A DNA stretch of 64,000 bases from the NCBI RefSeq assembly GCF_009914755.1, contig NC_060946.1. One strand, written 5' to 3'. Under the pieces are notes generated by a model. That model saw only the letters and a list, made by a program, of their open reading frames with translations. It did not search any database and was not told the DNA's origin. Source of the stretch: the human T2T-CHM13v2.0 reference genome, Homo sapiens. This document shows, in pieces, positions 37,031 to 52,123 of this stretch. Positions within the stretch are counted from its first letter, which is position 1. Each line of letters begins with the position of its first letter. A program made the position numbers and the translations under genes.

Positions 37031-40000
37031 AGGGCCGGTGGGCAGGAAGGAAATGCTGGAACCTCACTAAGTGGGGAAAGCCCCGGCCCGCAAACCCTCT
37101 GGGGCAAACCATGGTCAACACACACTGTCAGGAACACGAAGGCATGGTGAGGAACCTGAGGGTAGAAGCTAAATCCTTTCCCTGAAACCAAAGCTGACAT
37201 TTGACGACATCTTGCCAACCCAGACATTCCTCCTCGGGAGTGCGGCCAGAGCCTTGTCCGGAAAATGAAATTATGGGGCCCGAGTCCAGTGTGGGTTGAG
37301 GAATTAGAGGAATTTCCGAAGGGTCAGGCCAGTGAAGGGTGGCAGGCGGGGCCTGGCTCCCATCCTGACCCCTTGCCAGCTGTCTACCAGAACACAGCCA
37401 GGGCTGTGCTGGCCCCCCCCTCGAGGGGAGAGACGGGACGGATGACCATCGAGCCTCCTCCCATACCCCCTTTCCCCTCCACCCTTCCCTACAAGGAGGA
37501 AATGATGCCAGAAGTGCCCTGGCAGGAGTTGGACCCAGGCCCAGCACCCACCTTCTGCCTGGGAGGACATCCTGGGAGCTGCCAGCACAGAGACTTCCTC
37601 GTCCCCCTAGCTGGCCAGGCCTTGTGGGGGCCCCATGTTTACCCTGTTGCCCCTACTGTGGTCAGATGGTGCCCAAAGCCTTGTGGGTAGCTTCTGGCCA
37701 AGCCCACTGGCCGGGCACTGTACTCAAGCTGGGACAGGGCCAGAGCCGGGGGCCTGGGGTTCACAGGGCGGAGTCCACATCCATCTGTGCCAAGGCCAGG
37801 ACCACAGTCCCTTGCAGACTGTGTTGGATCCGGGGTGCCTGGGCTGGGGATGACTGTTCTCAGCCTCCAAGCAGCAGAAAGAACCCCCGAGGAAAGACGC
37901 ACAAGCGTGACTTTGTGAGAATGAAACTTTCTGTATATCCAAAAAAAAAAAAAAGGGCCACACAGTGTGGTCATGTTTTTTAAAGAACTGACACCATTTA
38001 GAGCAACACATGCAGTGAGCGTTTTGATGAAATGACGGGTGCTGGCGTTACTCGCAGACCATGACTCCAGCATGGTGAGGCTGGTGTGGGGTGTGCAGGA
38101 CCCATCACACTAGGCTCTCCACTTCTGTGCTTTTGTAATTTTCCATAATGGAAGAAGCAGCCACAAAGAAAATGAAAAGACAATCGACATGTTGGGATCA
38201 AGTATTTGTAACATACAACAACAAAGTGGCATCCTCAGCCCATTAGGTGCTCTCATAGGCTGCTCCAGAGCCCCACAGTCCTGCCCCTGCCAGTCTACCA
38301 CTCCTCGAAGCACGCGCCGCTGGCATAATCAGAACCTCAGTAGGAAATAGACAAACCAGATACCCTCCCCACCAGGCAGGCGAGTGAAAGCAGAGGCCAG
38401 GGACCAATCTCCCCAGGGGCCAGGGCGGTGCCCACTGTCAGAGAGCCATAATCAGATTCAGCCTGGAAATTTGATTTCCCCAGCAGAGGCAATGAGCCAG
38501 GCTGGATGAGACGCCATCGGGGGTTGGGTAGAGGGACAGAGATAGCTCCCCAGGCTGTCCACATGCTCACTCAGTGGCACCCGCTGATCATGTGAGGGAC
38601 CACTCCCATGTCCAGGGAGAATACTCAGAAAGGGCCTCTTCCCACGCTGCTCCTGCCCTGCACTAATGCAGTGCCCAAGGCCAAAGGTGGCCAAGACCAA
38701 AGCTACACTGGCCAGCCCCAGGGGGCATGCTGGATGGGAGGTCCAGGGGGACTAGGGGCTGTGTGGGGCTGATACGGAAGCTGGGGTCCGGTCAAGGCAG
38801 GGTCACTGCTGGGGGCCAGGGAGCTGGGAAGCCTAAGGTTAGGGCAAGGGCTGGCTCTAGTGGCCGAACGAGCCCAGTGACTGCAGGCAGGACGTGACAG
38901 GTGAGCAGGCAGGGCAGGCGAGTGTCCCAGCAACTGTCCCTCCTCTGTGGGAGGCATGAGCCACAGGGAGCCACTGCTGGAGGTCCCTAAAGGGTCTGGG
39001 CTTAAGATTCTCAATCCAGCAGGTCACAGACACCTGCTCCCTGTGCCAACAGCAGCATCCTTTAAGTCTCCTTGGTCTCCTGAGACCTGCCTCTCCATGA
39101 GGAGACATGAGATGGGGTGGAAAGGAGTCCTCCAGGTCCCGATTCAAAACAGCCCCCAATGCCCTTCCTGTGCCTGACCCAGACTCTAGCTACAGCTGCA
39201 GCAGTGGGTGGTCCTGCAGACTCCAAGCCGTGGAGTAGTGGCAGTGAGGGGCCACATTCTCTGGGCTCCCTGCTGCATCCTGCCCAGGGCACCACCAAGG
39301 GCTCAAAGGCTGGGGAGCTCCAGGGAGAGGGCTGCAGAGGCTGCCAGTGCAGTGTCTTCTCCCCTGCACACTCAGCCCACCCACTCCGCCCCCAATGATG
39401 AGCATGAAGTTTGTAGGAGTGTGGAGAGGTGTAGTGCCCTACTAAGTGGGCCGGACATTGGTGGCGGTGGCTGGCCCATTGCCTCCACGGCTTACCGGGA
39501 CGGGCACCCACCCCGCAAGGTGCCGTGTGGCCCATGCCCTGCCTTAGGGAGGGCAGGCGCAGTGGAGGCGGAGGCGGGGTGTAAAAGGCCCAGACATGGA
39601 GCTGAGCCCCGTCCTCTGTACTCTGGGGTGGGCACAGGGACCAAAGCATCCCTGAGGAGCGAACTGACAGGGTTCACAGCTAGGCTGGGATCAGAGGCAG
39701 ACAGCCACAGGGCCTGGGAGCCCTGCCCTACCATGCCCTACGGCCCCACTGAGGCACTGTAGGAGACAGCTGTCCACCAGGCTGAGGGGCCTCAGCGGGC
39801 AGGTGCAGCAGTCACCACGCTGGCCACCAGCCTGAGTGCACAGGGCCGTCCGCCTGCAACGCCCTTTCCCCCCTCATTGGAAGACGGGGTTAGACCCCTT
39901 CTTCCCAGCCCCTCTATCACCATGGAAACACCCAGGCTTCTCCTGAGGGACAGAGCCTCTTTGTGGTGACACAAAGCCCCTTTGAGGGGAGGTGGGGTGC

Positions 40001-42254
40001 AGCCCCTGGGAGCCTGTGGCCAAAGGGCCCCTGGGGGGTAAAGCAGGGCCCGCCGGCCCAGCCCCCCTCCCAGGTTTCGGAGCCAAGGAAGCTGAGGTAG
40101 GAGAGCCTTCAGGTTAGGCCAGCCCGCCCCAGCTGCCCACCCAGAAGGGTCTCCGGATGGATGAGCCGGACAGCCCAGGAGGCCAGGCTGAGGCTGGGCA
40201 GAGACAGCACCGAGAAGCCTCTCTGCAGGAGCTGGGGGGTTCCTGCTTTCCCCTCTGTTGTTTTGACAAAGAACACACTCTGCTTAGATAAGTGGAAAAC
40301 AGCACTGGCAGGGGAGCTCCCGCCAGTCAGGAAATGCCCAGGATGGCTGCAGGAACAGTGCCTGGTGGGAGATGGGGACAGGAAGTCCTCCGTGGGAGGG
40401 CAGGCAGGGGCCGTGAGACGGCAGGTCAGACAGTGGGAGGTCTGGCACCAGGTGTGCCGAGAGGACTGGCCCTGGCATCTGGGCCCCACTCAGTTTACTG
40501 TCCTCTCACTTCTCAAGCCTCAGCCTCCGTCTTCACCTATCCGCCCAGGGGGAAATGTCACTGGCCTTGCTGCAGCCACAACTCTGGGACAGGCCAGAGT
40601 TGGATAAAACGGAACCTCACCATGGCTTGGCTTATTCCAGGGCTGGGGAAATGGAACCCTGAGGATGATGTGGGTCCCTGGCACAGTGACAGCATGGCTG
40701 TCCCATCCATGCTACAGCCCCACAGCCAGGGAGGCAGAGGAGGCCAGGCCACATTTCCCCAGACTCCCAGCCCTGGAGCCCCTCCTGTACTGGCCTGAGA
40801 GTCCCTGCCCCCACCCACTGACTGCTGCTGACCAGGCACCTGGCAGCTCCCTGCATGTGGGCGCCCTGCCTAGAGGCCCTCCCGAGTTGACCTCACTCTG
40901 ACCCACAGCAGCTTTGCTAACTAAGCCCCTGGGGTGGGGTTGGGGTGGGGATCACTGGCCCCCTGCGGCAGCACGAGGAGGCACTGGCCCAGGGAGAGAT
41001 CCATCCTTTTGTAGGCAAATCTACCTGACTACTAGGGAGTGGGGCCAAGGGCTGCCCCCACAGGGCAGTGCCTGGGTCAGCAAGCACTTGCTGCACCCCC
41101 AATGGAGGCCCTCACCACACCCCTCCCAACCTGCCTTCCCCACTGGCACCCCACTCTCTGCTGACACCTGCAGGCACAGGGGTGGGGGTTGGGACCCTCC
41201 AGCTGCCGTGGCAGGGAGTGGCCATAGGGTGGTTGCTGTGGTGGACGTAGGCCATATGGTTCAGAATGGATCAGAGGATGGTGTGGGTGGGAGAATTAAG
41301 TCTGGGCTGACCGCAAGGGATCAGGCCTGGGTGGCTGGAGGGAGGGGCCGGGACCCTGAGTGGGAGGGTGCAAAGGGAGTCTCTGAGGCTGGAGAGGCTG
41401 AGGGACCACTAGATGCATGAAGTTCTGGAAGAAAGGGGTTCAGGCTGGAGACAGAACCACCGGCACCTTCAGCCTGTGAAGCCGAGAGATAAGACAGGTG
41501 CAAGCCCCACTGCCTCCTCCAAAGGACCCTCCCCTGACCTTCTAGAACAAGGGGACAAAGTCACTTTCCCAGCCATCATCTTCCCTGCACTGGAAGGGGC
41601 AGAACGAGGACCCAGCACTGAGAGGTGAGCCTCAGGAAGGAGGCAGTGCTGCCAGCCCTTGGGGACAACAGCCTGTCCCCTGAAAGTCCCAAAACCCTTG
41701 GGAAAGGTGCTCCTCACTGTACCCTTCTCCCACCCAGCACATCAGAGGAGCCAGTGGTGTGAGATCTTGACCCAGCATGAAGTAGAGCCCACCCTGTCAT
41801 ATGCAGGGAGGTTCCATGTCCCCTTTGGTCTGCCCTTGCCCCAGGGTCCTGTGTGGCCTCTGGCCAGCGCTGGCTGCTCCCAGGGTGCCTGGGGCACCGC
41901 TCATCCCTTCCAGAGCCTGAGCTGGATGCTGGCCTTGCCGCTCCCAACCCCCTCCTCTGCTGGGAGCCAGCTCCACTCCGGAGTGCCCATGGCAACAGGC
42001 CTAGACACCAACCTCCAGCAAGTGCACAAAGTCCTGCCTTTCATATGCAAGCAACACAGAGGGCCAGGCAGGGGGCTGCACCACCCCATCCAGGGCAGAT
42101 TCCAGGCCCTGCAGCCTCCCATCTGGCACATACCAGGAGAGCCTCGGGACTTGACTGTGTGTCCAGTCCCCACTACAAAGAGGTGGGAGAAGTGCTGACA
42201 GTTTGGGGCCCTCCTCAAAGGCACCTACTGGCACATGTGTGCAGCCACCCACAC

Positions 42255-42582
42255 TGCTACGGTGTGAATGCTAGTGTTCCCCAAATTCACATTAAAACCT
42301 AATCTCCAATGTGACAGTATTAAGAGGTAGGGCCTTTAGGAGGTGATTAGTGCCCTTATATGATCAGTGTCCTTATCAAAGCGGCTCTTGAGGGCTGGTT
42401 TACCCCTTCCACCATGAGAGGACACACAGCGCCATCTATCAATAGCCCTCACCAGACACGGAATCTGCTGGCGCCTCGATCTTGGACTTCCCAGCCTCCA
42501 GCACTGTGAACAGTATGTTTCTGTTGTTTATAAAGGACTCCATCTAAGGTATTTGGTGGCAGAGCGTGAATGAACTAAGACA
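42255..42582 (+). mobile_element. MaLR solo LTR (MST/MLT1-like)
   Basis: tgctacggtgtgaatg...ccccaaattcac...ttggacttcccagcctccag...aactaagaca, with TG...CA ends. Confidence 0.75.
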
Positions 42583-43056
42583 CACACAGACACACACACA
42601 AGCACACCCACGCACAGGGACCCACAGCTGCCCCACAGGCACACGCACCAGCAGGCACACTCGTCCACACCCATATGGCTGCTGCTTATCCCACCTAGAA
42701 GTCCCGACAGGCCCTTTGGGGGGTGGGGGACATCTTGGCTCCTGGTGAAGATCAGCATGCTAGGCAGACCCCATTCCTGTCTTGGACACCGGGCAAGGCA
42801 GACCCCCTCTGAGACCCCTGAGGCCGGGTCAAGCCTGCCCCTGACACCAAGATCTGCAGGACCCCCTGCCTCTGATCCCACATGAGGTTCCTCTGAGACA
42901 GGTGGGAGTGGCTGGGCCTGCAGACCCCGAGCTTGCACAGACCCACCTGCAGGGACAAGCACAACTTACAGCAGCCTAGTGCCCAGGGAAGACCCTTCCA
43001 CCATGGGAGGACTCAGGAAGCCGCTTCCCGCTGAGTCACATTTAGCGCATTTCTTA

Positions 43057-43432
<376 letters not shown>

Positions 43433-45957
43433 AAGGAGCCGCTATAAATAATGAGGATCCCATGGAGATTTAAAGGAAATCCCAGCAGAGGCAGTAAACA
43501 GCAGACTGTAGAAAACACGCAGTGTGAGGCTGGAGAAAGTACACTAAGACGGTCCTCCCAACCCCAACAGCAAACAGGAGAGATGACAAGAGGATGGTAG
43601 GAGCCACAGAAGACAGAGCCCAGGGCCAAACTTCCACATGATAGGAGTTTCCAGAGCGAGAACGACAGACAGTGCTCTTCCAACCACAGAAAAACGGCCA
43701 GAAACCACCTCAACAGGAGTACGTCCAACGGGGCTGTCAGCGTCAGGGCTGGAATCTGAGTTAGGGTGTGAGCCTTCTGTCCAGAAAAGAAGCCCAGGAA
43801 GTCACGGATGTGTCTACCTCTGGCTTTTACAATTCAGTCTCATTTCCTCTGGCTCCTAAATGCGCTGTGTCCACTTCGAGGTGTAGGGAGGAGGGTGCCC
43901 AGCTCTGACCTGCGGGCTGTGCTGAAGCCTGGGCCTCTCTCTATACCAGGCCGTCTGCAGGCCTGCAGGGGCTGCATACTGTCTCTCTGTAAATGTCAGC
44001 CTCAACACGCTGCTGCCTGCTGCCTGGCTCCCGTCTCTCACAGCTCAGAAGCTGTTTTATGATAAAAAAGAGCTGACAGCTTTGTTAAAACAAACAAACG
44101 CCTCTCCTCTCTACTTGAGATCTTTTACAAAGTTAACATCGCTCTGAAACCCCATAAGGAAAAATTATGGTGAGGTTTCTGGATTTTCAGAGGCAGCAAA
44201 CTCATCTTACCTAGAGCCCTGGACTACCCAGAGAAGTAGTTTTAAGAACCAAAAGAAGAGAAGAATTCAGGAGTAAATGAGGCCTGGATAACCCAAGGGA
44301 TCCTGTGCTTGCACTGCTGGGATTCAAATTTGGGGGCTGCCACCACCACAAGTTTGTGAGAAGCCCACAGCCTGCGCATGAAGATTGTGTCAAGGGAATA
44401 GCAGCTGCTGATGTGTGGAATTGATTTTTTCAGCAAGGGCCTGCGATTCTGAATGCATTAAGGCAGCTCCAGTTGTCTGTAGCAGTCCTCTGTCAGCTGC
44501 CCATTGGAAGCATTTTTACTGGCTCAGGAAATTCATGGGTTTGTGGACTGATGACTCCAACAGATTAGGTACAAATCCAAGAACCACAAAACAAAATCTA
44601 ACCAAGCCAAACAACAATCAAACAATAAAACAGAACAAAAAAAAACCTCAATTTGTTTTCCTTTTCTTTGTATAACATTAAAATAAAAAGATGGTAACAG
44701 ACTACCATAAAGAATTATACACCAACAAATTAGATAACCCAGATGAAATGGAAAAATTTCCTAGAAACACACAACCTACCAAGACTGAATCATGAAGAAA
44801 TAGAAAACATTGATTAGATTTACAACTAGCAACAAAACTGAATCAGTAATCAAAAACCTCCAGCAAAGATGGTTTCACTGGTTTATTCTACCAAACATTC
44901 AAGTAATTTTAACACCAATCGTCCTCAAACTTTTCCCAAAAATAAAGAGGAAGGAACACTTCCTAATTCATTTTATGAGGTCAGCCTTACCCTAATACCA
45001 AAGCCAGGAAAAGACACTACAAGAGAAGAAAACCACAGGCCAATAACCCTTATGAATACTGAAACAAAAATTCTCAAAACAAACAAACAAACAAAAAAAC
45101 ACTAGCAAACCAAATTCAGCTGCATTTTACAAGAATTATAAACCTAACCAAGTGGGATTTCACTCCTGGAATGCAAGGATGGTTCCATGTACAAAAATCA
45201 ATCAATGTAATACGCCACAGTAATAGAATAAAGGACAAAAATCACAATCATGTCAAATGATGCAGGAAAAACATTTAACAAAATTCAATAGTCTGTCATG
45301 ATAAAAACACTCAAACTAGGAAAAGAAGGAAACTTTCTCAACATGATGAAAGCTATATGTGAAAAGCCCATAACATCATACTCAATGGTGAAAGACTGAA
45401 AGCTTTTCTCCTAAGATCATAAACAAGACAAAGATGGCTGTTTTGACCACTTCCATTCAACATAGTACTAGAAGTTTTAGACAGTAATTAGGCAAGAAAA
45501 AGAAATAAAAGACATCCAAATTAGAAAGAAAGAAAAACCATCTCTGTTCATAGACGACATAACCTTATATAAAACCGTAAAGATTCTACATGCATTTTTT
45601 AAAAACTCTATTAGATGTAAAAAATGAAATCAGCAAAGGTGCAGGATAAAAAATGAATACCCAGAAATCAGTTGCATTTCTATATATGAACAATGAACAA
45701 CCTGAAAGGGAAATTTAAAAAAACTATTCCATTTACAATACCATTAAAAAGAATAGAATACATAATACTAAACTTAAGAAACTTAAGATCTGTACACTGA
45801 AAACTATAAAACATTACCAAGAAAAATTTAAAAAGACCTAAATCAGTGGAAAGATATCCCATGTTCATGGCTGGGAAGATTTACCACTGTCACAATGACG
45901 ATACTACTGAAAGGGATCTACAGATTCAGTGCAATTCCTATTAAAATCCCAATGACA

Positions 45958-46123
45958 GCCAGGCATAGTAGCATGTATCTGTAATCCTAGCTAGTCAGAG
46001 GCTGAGGCTAAAGAACTGCTTGAACCCAGGGGTTCAAGGCCACAGTAAGCTAGGATCACACCATTGCATTCCAGCCTAGATGACAGAACAAGACCTGTCA
46101 AAAAAAAAAAAGAAAAGAAAAAA
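45958..46123 (+). mobile_element. Alu right-monomer (FRAM-like) inserted in L1
   Basis: TSD AAAATCCCAATGACA at 45943-45957 and 46124-46138. Confidence 0.8.
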
Positions 46124-47152
46124 AAAATCCCAATGACATTGTTTGCAGAAACAGAGAAATCTATCATAAGATTTATATCGATCTTTAAGGAGCCCAAAGA
46201 GCCAAAACAATCTGGAAAAAGAACAACATTTAAGGACTCACACTTCCTGATTTCAAAACTTACTACAAAGCTACAGTAATCAAAACAGTGTGGTATTAGC
46301 ATAAGGACAGACACAAAGACCAATGGAATAGAATACAGAGCCCAGAAACAAACCCTCATGAATACGGTCAAATGACCTTCAATAAAGGTGCCAAGACCAT
46401 TCATTAGGGAAATGATGGTATTTTCAACAAATGATGGAACTGGATACACACACGTAAATGAATGAACTCACACCCTTACCTTATTACATACACAAAAATT
46501 AACTCAAAATAGATGAAAGATCTAAACATAAGACCTCAAACTATAAAACTCTTAGAAGAAAATATAGGGGAAAGTCTTCATGACACTGGATTTGGCAATG
46601 ATATCTTAGATAAGATACCAAAAACACAGGCAACAGAAGGAAAAATAAATTGTACTACATCCAAATTTAAAATGTATGTTCATCAAAGGACACAATCAAT
46701 ATAGTGAAAAAGCAACCAACAGAATGGGAGAAAAGATTTGTAAATCATATATCTGAAAAGGAATTCATATCCAGAATATGTAAAGAACTCCCAAAACTTA
46801 ACAACAGCAAAAAAACACAAATAACCCAATTTAAAAATGAGTGGAGTTGAACTGACATTTCTCCAAAGAAGATATATAAACGGCCAACAAGCACGTTAAA
46901 AAATTTGCTCAACATTTCTATCATTAGGGAAGAGCAAATCAAGGCTGCAATGAAATATCACCTTACACCTATTAGGATGGCTAGTCTAAAAAAAAAAAAA
47001 AAGTTTTGGCAGAGATACAGACAAATTAAGACCCTTGTGCACTGCTGGTGGGAATGTAAGATCAGTATGGCAATTCCTCAAAAAATTAAAAATAGAATTA
47101 CCATATGGTCCAGCAATCAGAAAATTCTGCATTATGTATCTAAAAGAATTGA

Positions 47153-47422
47153 GGCCAGGCGTGGTGGCTCACGCCTGTAATCCCAACACTTTGGGAGGCC
47201 GAGGCGGGTGGATCACAAGGTCAGGAGATCGAGACCATCCTGGCTAGCACGGTGAAACCCCGTCTCTACTAAAAACACAAAAAAATTAGCCGGGCGTGGT
47301 GACAGGCGCCTGTAGTCCCAGCTACTTGTGAACTTGGGAGGCGGAGCTTGCAGTGAGCCAAGATCGTGCCACTGCACTCCAGCCTGGGCGACAGAGCGAG
47401 ACTCCGTCTAAAAAAAAAAAAA
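47153..47422 (+). mobile_element. AluY-like element inserted in L1
   Basis: Contains gagatcgagaccatcctggcta and gagcttgcagtgagc. TSD AAAAGAATTGA. Short internal deletion. Confidence 0.85.
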
Positions 47423-47910
47423 AAAAGAATTGAAAGCAGAGTCTCCAAGAGATATGTGCACAATCATATTCACAGCAGCATTATTCACAATAGCCAAAAA
47501 GGGGAAGCAACCCAAGTGTCCACCAGTGGAAAAATGGATAAACAAAATGTGGTATAGATATACAATGGAATATCAGGCATCAAATTCTGACATATGATAT
47601 TCTCATGATACTAAGTGAAATAAGCCAGTCACAAAAAGACAGATACTGTGAGATTCTATTTATGTAAGGCATCTAAAGTAGTCAAACAATAGGAAAAGTA
47701 GAAGCACTTCAAGAAAGGGGCAAACGGGGAGTTTTCTAATGGGTACAGAGTTTCTATTTTGCAAGAATAAAAAAAAGTTCTGAAATTGGTTGCACAGCAA
47801 TGTGAACAAACAACACTACTGAATTGTACACTTGAAAATGGTTAAGATAGTAAATTTTGTTATGTGTATTCTACCATAATTAAAAATTAAAATTAAAAAA
47901 GAGGCTCCCT

Positions 47911-48544
<634 letters not shown>

Positions 48545-48571
48545 TACCCTTTTGAAATAAATAGTATATCA

Positions 48572-49504
<933 letters not shown>

Positions 49505-51439
49505 GACAGATTAAATGCTGTGTACAAAACTAAAGTAAAAATACCTTCTAGAAGAAAAGACAGGTGCATCTTTATCTGGCTGCATGCTAGGGAGAGTTGA
49601 CTACACAGAGAGACGGAATATCTAAAAATGGGGAAAAATCCAACACACTTCACCACAAAATATGAAACATTTTTGACATCAAAATGATCATAAACAAAAA
49701 CTAAAAGGGTGAGAAAAATGTGCAGTAGGCAGAAAGAGGAGTGAAGAATTAATATCTTTAATATACAAAGACTCATACAATGGCTGAGAAACACATCAAA
49801 ACCCAAGAGAAGGCCTGTCATAGGGGCCAGGCGGCCGCAGGAGACGAAGCCGCAACCCCCTGCAGGCACACGGCGGCTGATGGAGGAGGCCAGGCTGGTG
49901 CTGGTCTCTGAGAGGACACCACTGCTGGCCAGCTATGGGAAACGGCAGGGCATCTGTGTCCCCGCCAGCCCTTCTCACTCAGGCCTGGTCTCAGCACGCA
50001 CCACCCCATCACACCCTCCCAGCTCCCCCTCCTAAGGGAGCCATGCTACTCATCACCATCTTGTAACCCCACAGTTGGCCACTGGTTCCTCTGTGTGTTG
50101 TGGATCTCCTCAACCAGGCTGGGAGCTCCTCAGGGGCAGGGCTGGGCCTGATGTGCCTGTGATGCCCAGGACCCAGCATGAGGCTGGGTGAGTGGGTGCT
50201 GAGTGTGGTGACACATGGGTGTTTACATCAGCCCCTGTCCCAGCTGAGCCCTGAGGCTCCCTCCCCAGCTGCCTCCCGCTGTGGACAGGACCACACCCCA
50301 GGGCCCAGCAGAGCAGGCAGCCGCAAGCCAGGGCCCAGGTTGCCCAGGCCAGAGCAGAGATGGCACAAATGCCATCACCCATCGCACCAGTGCCCAGGGC
50401 AGACATGAAAAACCAATCACCACAGCAGACAGGAATAAGCAATCACCACATTCCAGATGGGCAGGATAGGAGATGGGGAAAGGCAGAGAAAGAGGCACAG
50501 AGAGGGCCACAGAGAAACATAGAGAAGACCAAGAACTGGAGGGGGGAGGGAAAAGAAGGGACAAGAAAGGAGCAAGCAACAGGAGGGAGAGTGAGCAAGT
50601 GTGCCTGGGCAGCCTCGGACCTGCCCAGCCAACCACCCTCCTGCGGACCCTGTTACCAGGGTTGTCGTTTGGTGTCTGGCTGACCTGGCCTCCCTGAAGT
50701 GTGGTGACCTACGAGGAGTTAAGGGCAGTGGGACAGCCCCTCCTGCCACCCTGAGATGCCCTGTCACCTGTGCCACAAGCAAGCCAAGTACCCTGCCTGA
50801 GCTTCTTTGTCCCAACCCAGAAGACCCTGCATGGCCAAATGGCCTGAGCAGTGACATTCTCGGCCAGACGCTGGTCCTCCCACACAGCCAGGCGGCAGCA
50901 GACCCAGCTCCCACTAGGCTAGCCCGGCCGGCAGCTTTCCATGCCCAAGGACTTGGGAACAGGCAAGGAGTCAGTCATCCTGTCCCTCCCATCTGCCCTA
51001 GATCCCTCAGCCTAGGTCACTCAGGCATCCGGAGGCCATGGCCTTCTCCCTACCACTTAGGCACAGCACTGGCTGGGCCATGCCTCCACAATGGGCACTA
51101 ATTGTCACTGAGAAACCACAGGGCTGTCAGCCATGCCTCCCACAGAGACTGCTTTTTGGGGGGACAGGCAGATGGCCAGGGTGGGGACTGGAGGAACAAG
51201 AATGGCCAGGAGCCATTCTCTTAAGCCATCACCCACTCTGCTGAACAGCACCCATCGTGGCAAAACTCTGGCAGCGTGGATGTGAGCAGGGTATGCCTTA
51301 CCATCCTTCAGAGGGTCCTGGGGGACATGGACCACTCAGCCTCCAACCCTGCCATGCTTCCCAGGCGCTATGCCTCAGTCCCACTGGAGCTAGCAGCCAT
51401 GATAAGCAGAGGAACCCCAAACACAGATAACACCTGAGG

Positions 51440-51625
51440 CCACGGGCCAGTACACATGGCCTACGGCTGTGATCAGAGTACATTCAGACTATTCAGTTAT
51501 GGGCTGTCTGCAGCCATTTTCATCCTACAATGGCAGAGAACTGCAGCTGTGACAGAGACCATAAGGCCTGCAAAATTGAATTACTTACTATCAGACCTTT
51601 TCAAACAAAGTTTTGTGTGCCTGGC
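51440..51625 (+). mobile_element. MER58-like DNA transposon remnant
   Basis: gacagagaccataaggcctgcaaaa...ttactatcagaccttttcaaacaaagttt resembles the MER58A end. Confidence 0.45.
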
Positions 51626-52069
51626 CTCCAGGACTATCCTCTGTCCCTGTGGCTCCAGTCTCTGGGGGGCAAGCGAATGGCCTGGCCCAGCAGGCTGTGC
51701 CAATACTGGATGCCACTGCGGCTGGCATCCTAGCTCAGGCAGGTGAAGAGCAGACCCAGTGAATGTCCAAACCAACACTGACCAGCAACCTCGTCAGCCA
51801 GCCCCAAACAGGCTTGTCCCTAAAGCCAGACATCAAACCAGTGGCTGCTGCCCATATTCAGGCCAGTAACAAACCCAAGCTGGTGGCAGGAGGCCCTCAC
51901 ATCCACCCTGTCCAGCCCAGGGGCTGTGCCTACCCAGGGTGAGAAGGACCAGGAGCACACAGTGTCCAGGGCCAGTCCATCCCTGTCACCCCCACCCGCC
52001 AGGCCCACCAGAACACTCTGCTGTCCTATGTGGGAGAGGATGTCCCCAAGCTAAACCCAGGCCACTCAC

Positions 52070-52123
52070 CTGTCTTGAGGGAAGATCAGCATGTCCCGAC
52101 ACCCACCCTGCAGGCTCTGGCTC
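52070..52123 (-). other. ARVCF: ARVCF exon 2 (non-coding, 54 nt)
   Basis: Flanked by tttccctgcag| and CAG|gtgagt on the - strand. Confidence 0.8.

Larger units (their letters stand above)
44690..47900 (+). mobile_element. Old 5'-truncated L1 (L1M-type) ORF2/3' UTR remnant, interrupted by Alus
   Basis: A-rich. Decayed ORF2 peptides [34 protein letters not shown] and KDLNIRPQTIKLLEENIGESLHDTGFGND, with many stops and frameshifts. Confidence 0.9.

Noticed and set aside
44810-47557. Reverse transcriptase-like peptide fragments as a novel RT system
   Set aside because: Decayed L1 ORF2 with many stops and frameshifts.
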